64,000 nt of DNA from Synechococcus sp. (GTDB lineage: Bacteria > Cyanobacteriota > Cyanobacteriia > PCC-6307 > Cyanobiaceae). A program made the position numbers and the translations under genes. The DNA lies in assembly GCA_047285535.1 (NCBI GenBank), contig JBJBDC010000001.1:1600136-1664135 (forward strand), read 5' to 3'. The notes beneath the pieces were generated by a model. That model was given only the letters and a program-made list of their open reading frames with translations, ran no database searches and was not told the DNA's origin. Of this stretch, positions 47,057-56,141 are shown in pieces; position 1 is the stretch's first letter; every line of letters begins with the position of its first letter.

Positions 47057-47827
47057 TGAAACAAGTTTAAGGGACGTTTGCAGATTCTCGAGAGTAGGAA
47101 CCGAATCCTGACTGGCGAAACAACCGAACTCAATCCCAATCAGCTCTCTGATGCAGAGCGAACTCCGCTTGGGAGGAGACAACCCTCACAGCTTGTGCAA
47201 CTGCGACAGAGCACCAAGTACCGCACCAGAGTTGTTTTGCGCCAAACCCATGCGTGCACTCTCCATCAATCGATCAATGAATGGCCTGGGCAACCAAGTC
47301 AGTCCTTTCAACATTGCATAGAGCAATGTCCTCTCGAATCAAGGCATCAGCCTGTGGGAAAGTCCGTTGTGCAGTACGGCGAATCAGCCCCTTTGATTCC
47401 AGTCGCTGCGTCACCACTCCCGGGCAGCTGTAACCCACTAAGAGCGTGGCGTGCGCTTGGTTGACCCGATCGAAAACCTCCAGTCGATGAACCATCAAAG
47501 AACCTCCAAGCATTGCAAGGCTGCCATCAGCGTTTTGCTTCTTGCTTGATCCAAGTCCAACTCAGCAAGAGCAGCCCAAAGACGAGACCGATAGTCCTTA
47601 GAGAGCTGCGTGATGCTGGTGAGCGGCTAGAGGCTGGTGCTTGAAGAGATCAAGGCATAGTCGGCAACACCGGCAACGTTGATTTCAGTTGCACTGGCGG
47701 CGTCAGGCGCCAAAAAGATCAGGGCAGGCGAAGCACCCAGCATGTGCTGGAAAAACTTCATTGGTCGTTAGGAATAAAAAACCCAGAGATGATCTCTGGG
47801 TTTGAACGTTTGAGGAAATTCTTTGGA

Positions 47828-48463
47828 TCAGTCGATCAGGGCGACCCAGGCAAAGGCCATGCCGATACCGATCCAGATGCCGGCACCAAGCCTTTGCCCC
47901 TGGGCACCAATCAACTCCAGCAGGGACTTGGAGCCGCTGGTCGTCACGAGAAGCAAGGCTCCCTGACCGATGAGCAGCCCTAGGAAATAGGTCAGCAAAG
48001 GAGTAGGTTCGGCACCCACGATCGTGCTGCCCAGAAGAAAACCGTGCAGGCCCACCAGCGGCAGCAACCAGGTGGTGGATGTCACGGTGAGAGCCATCAA
48101 ACCCTCCACAGCGAGGGTGAGAGACACCAGCGCCTCAGCCCAGGGAGCAAAAGCATCCGACAGGGGAATGAACTGAGACAGGACGCTCCCGCCCAGACCG
48201 GCAGCCAGCAGAGGAATCACCCAGGCACGTGGGCGCTGCAAGCCGATGAATGCAATCGCCAGCAGAAACAGAAGATGGTCGGGGCCCAACAGCGGGTGAC
48301 CGATCCCACTCAGGAAACCCTGCAGAGCGGTGAGGTCTGTGCTGTCTCCCATCCCGAAGGGGTGATGGGCGTGGGCAGGGCTCAACAGGGAAGCGGCCAC
48401 CAATCCCATGGTGGTCATCACACCAGCCTGCAAAAGGGAGCTGGACTTGGACAAAGAGTTCAT
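47828..48463 (-). CDS. HupE/UreJ family Ni/Co permease
   Basis: AHAHH after signal peptide, GF.SG..HPLLGPDHL, LHG motif, multiple TM helices. Confidence 0.92.
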   Translation of the reverse strand: MNSLSKSSSLLQAGVMTTMGLVAASLLSPAHAHHPFGMGDSTDLTALQGFLSGIGHPLLGPDHLLFLLAIAFIGLQRPRAWVIPLLAAGLGGSVLSQFIPLSDAFAPWAEALVSLTLAVEGLMALTVTSTTWLLPLVGLHGFLLGSTIVGAEPTPLLTYFLGLLIGQGALLLVTTSGSKSLLELIGAQGQRLGAGIWIGIGMAFAWVALID

Positions 48464-48484
48464 GCGATCCGCGTCGTAAAAAAT

Positions 48485-48605
48485 CCTGGCGGGCGTTCTG
48501 ACTGACGTCGGCTGGGCCGGCGCTTCACAGCTGCGGGACAGCGAAGGATTCTCACCTTTCTTTCCCCGTTTCCATCAGTGGCTGATCCCCACTGAAACCA
48601 GTTCA
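48485..48605 (-). promoter_or_regulatory. Cobalamin riboswitch
   Basis: Minus strand GGTTTC...AACGGGGAA..GGTGAGAATCC..GCTGTCCCGCAGCTGTGA...AGTCAGAACGCCCGCC, directly upstream of hupE/ureJ. Confidence 0.9.
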
Positions 48606-48979
48606 CGCACATTACATAGGGCTGAGTTCGAAAAGACAAGATTCTCCTGATTGGGTACCCAACAAAAAGAATGTTCTGTAAAGAGAGTTTCCTCGGAATT
48701 TCTCAGCGTTAGTGGTTAGGCCCAGCCTTTTACTGACTGTGATTCGAGACATGCCGCAACATCAGCCATGTCATCAGTGAAGCATTGGAACCGAAAGCAG
48801 CCATCCACTATTGGTCTCCTTCAAACTGGTGGGCCACCTCTGGCAGGTACTGGACGATAACGGCAAAATGCCATCCGATATCTGGCACTCTTTAAGAGTT
48901 AGCCCCGCCACGAGCGGTTTTTTTGTCAGAGAGTTTTGAGTTTACTGTCGTGGCCAAGTGTCAGGAGAATCTCTGGTGC

Positions 48980-49777
48980 TCAACCAAAATCAGGTTTCGC
49001 TTCAAACCAAACTTCGGTCTCAGTATTTGGCAACACATTCCCTTCCGGAAAAGGTTCTCTGCTGTGAAACTCAAGATAACCAGGGGGCGCAAGGAAAGAT
49101 GCAAAAAAGACATTAACGAAAGAGCCATCATCGAGCGCAAATTGAAAACCATCTCCTGAAAGCTGCGCCTCAGGCTCTAGTTTGTTGCCATTCCCTACTC
49201 TAATCAGATTGTCTCCTTCAAATGGAGAATTTCCGGGAATTGATTCCCCTGCAGGGAATAATCCTGTGATGTTTTCATGATTGTGTTGGCCACGAATCGA
49301 GACGATTTCATGCCAACCATCTCCATCCTGGTCATAGTCCGTAAAGAGGGTCCCTTCAGCACGAATCTCTTCTCCGAACTCATTCTCGCCATCTGAGCGA
49401 TATTCCCACTCCCATTCGAGTAGGCTGTCTCGCATTTTTGATGGGCGTTTGATTGATTTTGAATGTACTTCTTTGCCGAATAATCGGTTTTGAATTTTGC
49501 CAAGTTGCTCTGTCCTTGGCTGATCATCAAGTAAGCCAACCAGTTGTTCATGACGGATGTCATGGAAATCATCAACCGTCTGCACTGCAGGCTTTCTTTT
49601 CATTCTTGCTGAGGTCTGGGGCCTATTTGCCTCCAGTCGATTGATCAAGACGTCCGTGTCATTTGATTCAATGCTACTTTCAAGTGAGATTGATCTTCCA
49701 CTCGGCTCATCATATCGGACCCAAGCCATCCGATGGGCTCTTGCTTTGTACCAGTGCAGCAATAAAGAAAGATTCAA
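48980..49777 (-). CDS. Hypothetical protein with acidic beta-rich C-terminal domain
   Basis: 265-aa ORF; I.G.HN...ITGL, DNLI, GFQF.L.DG...N.F pattern; start uncertain. Confidence 0.6.
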   Translation of the reverse strand: MNLSLLLHWYKARAHRMAWVRYDEPSGRSISLESSIESNDTDVLINRLEANRPQTSARMKRKPAVQTVDDFHDIRHEQLVGLLDDQPRTEQLGKIQNRLFGKEVHSKSIKRPSKMRDSLLEWEWEYRSDGENEFGEEIRAEGTLFTDYDQDGDGWHEIVSIRGQHNHENITGLFPAGESIPGNSPFEGDNLIRVGNGNKLEPEAQLSGDGFQFALDDGSFVNVFFASFLAPPGYLEFHSREPFPEGNVLPNTETEVWFEAKPDFG

Positions 49778-50120
49778 TAATCCAGGCCAAGAGGAGTTAT
49801 TTTACATCCCCTCGCTTTATGGCGGAGTTTTTTATTGCTGAGGGGAATGCTTTAAGTAGTTAACTTAACCCAATACCTCTCGACACTCATCAGATGACGC
49901 TGGCTCTACTGCAAGAGCTATTGATGGCACTCAGGGCTAATGACGTTATGGATACAAGTCTTGACTTGCACTCGGCATTGAACAGCTTGGACGGGAGGTG
50001 GCTGGTGAAGTTGCGCCTGAGTGGATGGTGGCTTCCCAGGCGAATAGAATGCTTTTTTATCAAAACATAACCTAATTAGAGGCTATCAAGGATTAGCCAG
50101 ATATCAGACTTGTGTTTTGA

Positions 50121-50460
50121 TTAGTCGTTCAATTCAAGGAGTGTAGTGCTTGGCTTGTATATTGCTTCATGCATCTCCTCTGCTAGCTGCCTAATGGCAA
50201 TTAGCATTTTGCTGTCTGTTTCAGCCTGCTGTTCAGCAATATTACTGTGAATATTGTGTCCATCAATGATGATTGGCAGAAGTGCAAGTTGGAGAAAAGT
50301 ATGTGCCACCCAGGAGACGATCTTCAAGAGGGTCTTGCGAAGCCAATGCTTCAGGCAAAGAGATTAATGCAAGGGAACAGAATGCATAAGCACACCACAT
50401 CGTGCCAACCTTCTCTGTAACCCAAAGAGCTATTCGTTTGTTGAAAATCTTTAGTCTCAT
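50121..50460 (-). pseudogene. Frameshifted membrane protein (DUF1003-like)
   Basis: FNKRIALWVT..VGTMWCAY.F..LAL (50263..50460) continues as IVSWVAHTFLQL.LLPII (50121..50327) in another frame. Confidence 0.65.
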
Positions 50461-50682
50461 TGGCTTGTTTTGGCAATACTCGACTAAAGATTATGCGATA
50501 GGTTGACTTCCTAATGTATTTATGGCTTCTAAAATTCATGAGGGAGATCTGCCATGAGCGGGTTTTTTTATTGCCTGCTTTTTTATTGCCTACTGATTAG
50601 CAACAAAGCCGAAACTGACCACTGCAGCTGGCCCCTACGGGAGAAGTAGCGCATTGTGAGGCTCTCATCAAGCTCTCAGTCA

Positions 50683-51702
50683 ATGCAGCGTTCCCTGCGC
50701 CTGTCGTTATCGCTGAGCGGAGCTGCTGCACTGGCACTTGCTGGCACACCTCTTCAACCAGTGGCTGCTCAAGAGGACGGCAGTGCAGAGGATCTCGGTG
50801 ATGTGATGAGCATCAGCCTGAAGGATGTGGTTAAGCCCAACCTTGGCTTCCAAGGTGCACTGCAAGGAGCAGGCACACCGAATCAGGCAGGCATTGGTGG
50901 GTTCTTGCCGCTGTCTGTTGGCGAGAACAGTGTGTTCTTTGCTGATGTCCTGCTCAACGCCAACTTTGCTGATTACCCCAATTACAGCAGCATCGTCTCC
51001 ACCGATGTGGCTGGCACCACCATCAGCACTTCAACGCGCCTTGGCTATCGCTGGCTCAATGGTGACCGCAGCTGGATGTATGGGCTGAATGCTGGTTATG
51101 ACAGCCGCCCAATGAACACAGGTGGAACGGATACTGGGATCAATGTCAGCGGCACAGAGAAGAGTGTGTTCTTCCAGCAGGTGGCAGTCAATGCTGAGGC
51201 TGTTTCCAATGATTGGAACTTCAATGCTTATGCCTTAGTTCCTATTGGAGATACCGCGCAGCGACTGAATAACTTCTATGTGGGCGGGGCACTCGACACC
51301 TATGGTCTGGATGTTGGCTATTTCATCACACCACAACTGAATGCATCGATTGGTTATTACTATCAACAAGATGAGGTTGTATCAGATTCAGGTGTGCTTG
51401 GGCGAGTTGCCTACGAAATCAGCAGTGGCTTAACAGCAGGGGTCAACATCTCCTATGACAACAAATACGAGACAAGAGTTTCAGCAGATCTAAAAGTTCG
51501 CTTTAGCGGGCCTAGCACAACAGCAGCCAAGAAGAAAAAATGGAAGAATCCAACGATTAATGCTCTGACAGCATCACCCAAGAATAGAGATGTACGCGTT
51601 CACGATGGATGCAAAACCAAAGACGGTAATTTTGGTTACTGCATTAATCCACCTCCTTGCAATACACCATTCGCTACAGCTAAATGTGGTAAACCTGAAT
51701 GA
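50683..51702 (+). CDS. Outer-membrane beta-barrel protein (inverse-autotransporter beta-domain-like) with short Cys-rich C-terminal tail
   Basis: Signal peptide, GAGTPNQAGIGGFLPL, STRLGYRWL, YGLNAGYD alternating strands, NRDVRVHD and then a 4-Cys tail. Confidence 0.8.
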   Translation: MQRSLRLSLSLSGAAALALAGTPLQPVAAQEDGSAEDLGDVMSISLKDVVKPNLGFQGALQGAGTPNQAGIGGFLPLSVGENSVFFADVLLNANFADYPNYSSIVSTDVAGTTISTSTRLGYRWLNGDRSWMYGLNAGYDSRPMNTGGTDTGINVSGTEKSVFFQQVAVNAEAVSNDWNFNAYALVPIGDTAQRLNNFYVGGALDTYGLDVGYFITPQLNASIGYYYQQDEVVSDSGVLGRVAYEISSGLTAGVNISYDNKYETRVSADLKVRFSGPSTTAAKKKKWKNPTINALTASPKNRDVRVHDGCKTKDGNFGYCINPPPCNTPFATAKCGKPE

Positions 51703-51830
51703 AACACCTGCCATGTGGTGTCGCAGACGAGCCATCAACTCGACATTGATCTGAGTCAATATTGGCCCAATGCAAGCGGACGATTGGTGAGTTGCACTCC
51801 TCAAAGAGAAAGCGTATGCAAGTCTGGTCT

Positions 51831-51983
51831 TTAAAATATTGCCGACGCTTGCTTGGCTTGAGTGAGTACAGCCAGCAAAAAATCACGCCTCAAGCCTTTG
51901 GTAATCAAAAGCTGACTGCTATTGCATCTAAGCGTGATGTGAAAGGAGTGGCCTGCTGGCAGATAGCTCGTTTGACTTGCCAT
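51831..51983 (-). pseudogene. N-terminal fragment of an IS200-like/REP-associated tyrosine transposase (RAYT)
   Basis: MASQTSYLPAGHSFHITLRCNSSQLLI..LRRDFLLAVL matches the Y1 transposase N-terminal HxTxRxN pattern; truncated before HUH. Confidence 0.6.
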
Positions 51984-52043
51984 GTCCTGACAAAGGTTCT
52001 ATGCCATTATTAGCAGGATGCTGATAATGAATTTCAAAACAAG

Positions 52044-52325
52044 ATGGTAAGTGGCACCAAACGTTTTAAGCAGCATCACCATGTTGTTTTTACTGAACTT
52101 GATGGAGAAGTTGCTTTATTCCAAAGCAACACCTGCGACTATCTTATTCTTAATGAAACAGGTTCAGCTATTTGGAATGCCCTAAAGATACAGCCAACAC
52201 TGCCTGAACTCTGCAAGTATTTGGAGGAGGAGTATGAAGTCACTCAAGACGAATGCAAGACCTCTGTTGAAGCTTGGCTGGAAGCTGCTCTAGAGAAGAA
52301 GGTGGTTACCATAATTGATAGCTAA
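52044..52325 (+). CDS. PqqD family protein (RiPP recognition element)
   Basis: ELDGEVAL, Y..LNETGSAIW..L, L.EEYEV...C...V..L. Confidence 0.9.
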   Translation: MVSGTKRFKQHHHVVFTELDGEVALFQSNTCDYLILNETGSAIWNALKIQPTLPELCKYLEEEYEVTQDECKTSVEAWLEAALEKKVVTIIDS

Positions 52326-52329
52326 ACAG

Positions 52330-52881
52330 TCAAAAGGAAAACAGTGTCTTGATATGTCTAGCCCAAACCTCACCGCCAAGCCGATTGCCTCCCAACATTC
52401 GAAAGCCAAGGCGTGAGAAATAACGCCGCATAAATGCTTTCTGTAAGCCAGGATTAATGTTTTCAGACAGTAATACTTTTGCTCGATGATCACGTTTCTC
52501 TGTAGCACGATCAAACCCTTGAAGGAATGTCCTAAGGAGCTGATTTGCTAAACGTGGCTGTCGAGCTGCTGGTTTTATATACATCCTTTGAAAGTAGGCA
52601 TGGCTTCCTAAATCGAGTGAATCATCGATCTCTCGAAATACAACAAAAACAATTCCATTAATCACTCCTAATTCATCTCGTGAGATTGCTCCTGGCTGGC
52701 GAGATATGATTTTTTTAGGCCTATCCATTTGCTCTAAACCAGGGCCTTGGCCTAGTGCAACCCTGAATGATCGCAATTCTTCTTGGTATGCCTTGCCATG
52801 CTGCTTCCAGAATGCTCTCAACTCACGTTTGAGTTGATCATTCATTTCTCCAAATACAAATTCAATTCGAGGTTCAGTCAA
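52330..52881 (-). CDS. GNAT-fold-like hypothetical protein
   Basis: YFQRMYIKPAARQPRLANQLL (motif A-like), EN, YFSRLGF; probable TTG start overlapping the upstream stop (TTGACTGA). Confidence 0.6.
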   Translation of the reverse strand: MTEPRIEFVFGEMNDQLKRELRAFWKQHGKAYQEELRSFRVALGQGPGLEQMDRPKKIISRQPGAISRDELGVINGIVFVVFREIDDSLDLGSHAYFQRMYIKPAARQPRLANQLLRTFLQGFDRATEKRDHRAKVLLSENINPGLQKAFMRRYFSRLGFRMLGGNRLGGEVWARHIKTLFSF

Positions 52882-53755
52882 GTTCTGGCCCTTCGTATTC
52901 AAAGCGCTTCATCACCTCAGACAACCCATTTGCCAGTCGTTTTCGCTGCTCACTTGAAAGCTGCTCTGCTCCTTCTCCTGTGCGCCCTGAGCGAAAGAAT
53001 CGTTCACAATCTGCAGGTTTTTCGTCAAAGCCATCAACATCTTCTTCAAGTTTCTTGAGTTTCTCAATGGAGGTATTTTCCAGTGCTTGATCAATCAGAT
53101 CAGCGTCGTCCGGAAGTCCCAAAAATGTTGCTAATTTAGTGAATGTTTCCGATCCGTTTGCCAACATATCCTCATAGCGCATGATCAAGACTGGTAGCTG
53201 AGTTTGATCAGCCCATGAGCGCACATGTTGATCCCAGCGGCCCATGTGTTGGCGTACTTGATGGCCGCCAAAGCGCTCCCCTGGCACGAGCGCTGCACTC
53301 GGGTCTAGTAAGGAATCAACGCATCGATCCAGCGGCCATGAGAAGAAGTGACTGAGTGATACGGCCACATCTTCTGGATGGCGCAGGATATAAACAACTC
53401 CAGAGCAACCAGTAGTACTCACCACCGGGCGTCCACGGGAATCAGGCGACTGGAATGCATCATGCACTTTGTGAAAGCGCTCTCCTTCTGCAAATAGCCA
53501 TGCACTGGCACCAGCATGTCCGCGCAAGGGATCAAGTTCACTAAAACTTAGATCACAACTATTGATTCCTAATTGATCGTCCAGCCAAAGCCTGGACGAG
53601 GCAATTGCACCAGTTTCAATATCTTGATTAAGGTTGAGTTCTTCTCCAGGATTGTCTCCTGCCAGTCTCATCAATTCAGTAATAAAAACCCTGCACCAGG
53701 TGTTGCCTGATTTGGGATACGAGGCCAGATACCAGTAGCCGTGATCTTCAGTCAT
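52874..53755 (-). CDS. PAPS-dependent sulfotransferase
   Basis: 5'-PSB ASYPKSGNTW, 3'-PB ILRHPEDVAVS, RYEDM, FFRSGRTG. Confidence 0.93.
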   Translation of the reverse strand: MTEDHGYWYLASYPKSGNTWCRVFITELMRLAGDNPGEELNLNQDIETGAIASSRLWLDDQLGINSCDLSFSELDPLRGHAGASAWLFAEGERFHKVHDAFQSPDSRGRPVVSTTGCSGVVYILRHPEDVAVSLSHFFSWPLDRCVDSLLDPSAALVPGERFGGHQVRQHMGRWDQHVRSWADQTQLPVLIMRYEDMLANGSETFTKLATFLGLPDDADLIDQALENTSIEKLKKLEEDVDGFDEKPADCERFFRSGRTGEGAEQLSSEQRKRLANGLSEVMKRFEYEGPELD

Positions 53756-54806
53756 TGCTTGCGTCCTCTTCTTTGCTCTCTCTGCGCTGTTGCATCGATT
53801 CGGGTTCTATGAGGTCCACCTCCTTGAGGCTTTCGGCCATTGCTTTGATTCCATCTGGAACGATCAAGGCATGCAACGGCACCGTTCGAGCTAGTGCAGA
53901 TGCCTGCATAAACAGCTGCGCTTCTGCGTCCATGCCTCGATACATTCTGGCGTGAAAGGCTTGGTTGCGCAGGCGCATTAAGGCAGTTGTTTGTGAGAAA
54001 TTGCGTGAAGCCTTAATCGATACTTTTTCCTTTTCATCGCCTGCCTCAGTGTCATCTTCTTCACCCGAATCTTCTTGTTCGCGATGTAATACATAGATCA
54101 GCCGCAATGGTGTTGGCTGTGGCATGCAAGTTAACTCTTCAGCTAGCAATGCATATCGCTTGAGTCCCTTTCGTACAGGTGGTAGCTGCCCCCAATTCAA
54201 ATCCAGAGCTATAGCAGCGTCGTGCCAGAGTTTGAGCTGATGTAGTCCTGGCTGAACCAGCCCATCACTGCCAACGGCAACCAGCTCACTACTGAGTAAG
54301 CTCCAGCCGTCTTGAAGCAGACACCAGGCCAGGGTGGACTTACCGGCAGCTGGATGACCCAACAGGAGAATCGCCTCACCGCCACGCTCCAGCGCTGTTC
54401 CATGCAAAACCAATGCACCACGCTGGATCGCTAAGGCTCCAAGCCCACTGGTGACAGCAAATGTGCGGATGTCGCGGTCGCTGACGCTGTCGTCCCAGCG
54501 CTGCCATTCCAAACGCTCACCACCAGTGGCGCGAAACCAGCCAATGCCTTCAAGCTCCAGACGCCAATCCTGAGGAGCTAACTGCAGTATTGGCGTGCTG
54601 TGAGGACTCGGCTCAAAGCTGGGCCATTGCTCATGATCTCCCTGTTGGATTTGCAGCAGCGCATCACTAGCTGAACCGGAAGGTTGCAGTTCTGGCAAAA
54701 CCAAATCACTGCTGATCTCAGCTCCGAAGGCGCAATAGCGATGGGGCTTGATCAAAGGGTTAGTGAGGTTTATTGGATTGTCTCTTGAATTGGCCTGAGC
54801 GGGCAA
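53748..54806 (-). CDS. HPr kinase-related P-loop protein
   Basis: AFGAEISSDLVLPEL N-terminus, LVLHG, Walker A GHPAAGKST, LKLW; ATGACTGA overlap with the sulfotransferase. Confidence 0.8.
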   Translation of the reverse strand: MPAQANSRDNPINLTNPLIKPHRYCAFGAEISSDLVLPELQPSGSASDALLQIQQGDHEQWPSFEPSPHSTPILQLAPQDWRLELEGIGWFRATGGERLEWQRWDDSVSDRDIRTFAVTSGLGALAIQRGALVLHGTALERGGEAILLLGHPAAGKSTLAWCLLQDGWSLLSSELVAVGSDGLVQPGLHQLKLWHDAAIALDLNWGQLPPVRKGLKRYALLAEELTCMPQPTPLRLIYVLHREQEDSGEEDDTEAGDEKEKVSIKASRNFSQTTALMRLRNQAFHARMYRGMDAEAQLFMQASALARTVPLHALIVPDGIKAMAESLKEVDLIEPESMQQRRESKEEDASND

Positions 54807-55051
54807 AAATGCACTGAAAGAACAAGAAATCCTGGCGAAGACACTTTTTTGTCAGGTTCAGCCAAATGGCTTCAAAGCTTGATTCGGATGCAAGTTCATG
54901 ATGAGGAAAAAGCAGTACAGCATGCCCCGCCACGAGCGGGGCTTTTTATTGCATACGCAGTCGCCTGACTCAAACCGGTCCACTTGTCTTGTCTCCAGTC
55001 GTGTCCTATCCACCGATCTTGTCCAGGGTGCAGTCCAACTCTCAACTCTTA

Positions 55052-55507
55052 TCAGTCGTCACCACCATCAAGACCCATTGCTTTGAGCGTGAGGCTAATG
55101 CGGTCATTTTCCTCAACTGCTTTATTTGATCCCTTTGTCGCTCCATCAACGGCAATCTTGCCTCCGGTCTTGAACACCAGCTCCTTGCAAATGTCATCAA
55201 ACACATCTGCTGCTTCTGGATGCCGCTTGAAATAGTCCGCAAGCCATACGTTCACCTCCTCCTGTGACTCGACATCACCTAGCAGTTTCTTATCAAGCAC
55301 GGCTCTGGCAAACGAGACTGATGGCTCCTCTTCTGGCGTCTCAGCCTCAGCGAGCACCCTGACCTTCAGCTCTAAGGTCTTCTCAACCTCCCAGAAGTCA
55401 ACACCTGGGAAAGCATCTTCCAAAAATGAAGCAACGAGTTTCATCTCCCTACTATCGGTGCTTAGTCGACTTTTTAGTAGTGGATAGATAGACACAGGTC
55501 TTACCAA
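55052..55507 (-). CDS. Hypothetical acidic protein
   Basis: 151-aa ORF with helical composition; start uncertain. Confidence 0.5.
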   Translation of the reverse strand: MVRPVSIYPLLKSRLSTDSREMKLVASFLEDAFPGVDFWEVEKTLELKVRVLAEAETPEEEPSVSFARAVLDKKLLGDVESQEEVNVWLADYFKRHPEAADVFDDICKELVFKTGGKIAVDGATKGSNKAVEENDRISLTLKAMGLDGGDD

Positions 55508-55572
55508 ACAAGACCGATACCTTCACACCACATCTAACAAATCTGGCGTCTGTTGGTGTCTGCTTCAGTATC

Positions 55573-55791
55573 TGCTGATGGCATTGAGAGCAAACGATGC
55601 TGATGCATCCAGAAGTTGGCTTGCACTGGGTATTGAAGAGCTTAGTAGGGAAGTGGATGCTGAGGTTGAGTCTGAGTGGATGGTGCCGTTGTTGGTTGAA
55701 GAGGAAAGAGACAGGCTGATGGCTTGGCGGCGAGGGGTGATCCTCTCGCTCTTATGGTGAATCAGACAGCAGTGATCACTAACCGTTTGAG
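55573..55791 (+). repeat. ~220-bp dispersed repeat encoding MALRANDAD..WL.LGIEEL..EWMVPLL (other copies 57935..58153 and decayed about 49880..50040)
   Basis: Direct sequence similarity among three loci. Confidence 0.88.
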
Positions 55792-56141
55792 AGTTGCTGC
55801 AAGACGGCGCGGAGTTTGAAAAGCCTATTCATACCCACGACTTGGGGTCAACAAATGCGCTGCGGACCTCTTCTTTGATTGCCATTAAGGCAATCACCGA
55901 TGGGTTCACTATCTCGGCATATCACGTCAACCACACTTGGAGGACTATTGAAGAATTGATCGGCAGATTGATAGCAACCTGACACATCACACCTTTCCCT
56001 TGCAGGTTTGCTATAGCTATTAGGCAGGCAACATTTCCTCATGCTCCATTGATGTTACCTTTGTTAAATGAATGGTTAATACATCAAGACCAAGGTAAAT
56101 TACCTTCATCTCATGGATACATCTACTGGCGCCTGCAGACC

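Larger units (their letters stand above)
46762..47272. repeat. ~500-bp repeat, copy 2 (inverted)
   Basis: Reverse complement of about 19750..20260. Confidence 0.95.

Noticed and set aside
50683..51702. Carbamoyl-phosphate synthase label sometimes attached to such proteins
   Set aside because: It has a signal peptide and amphipathic beta-strands and no ATP-grasp motifs.
52044..54806. Complete lasso peptide or PQQ biosynthesis cluster
   Set aside because: No cyclase, B2 protease, lasso precursor or pqqABCE genes are visible in the window.
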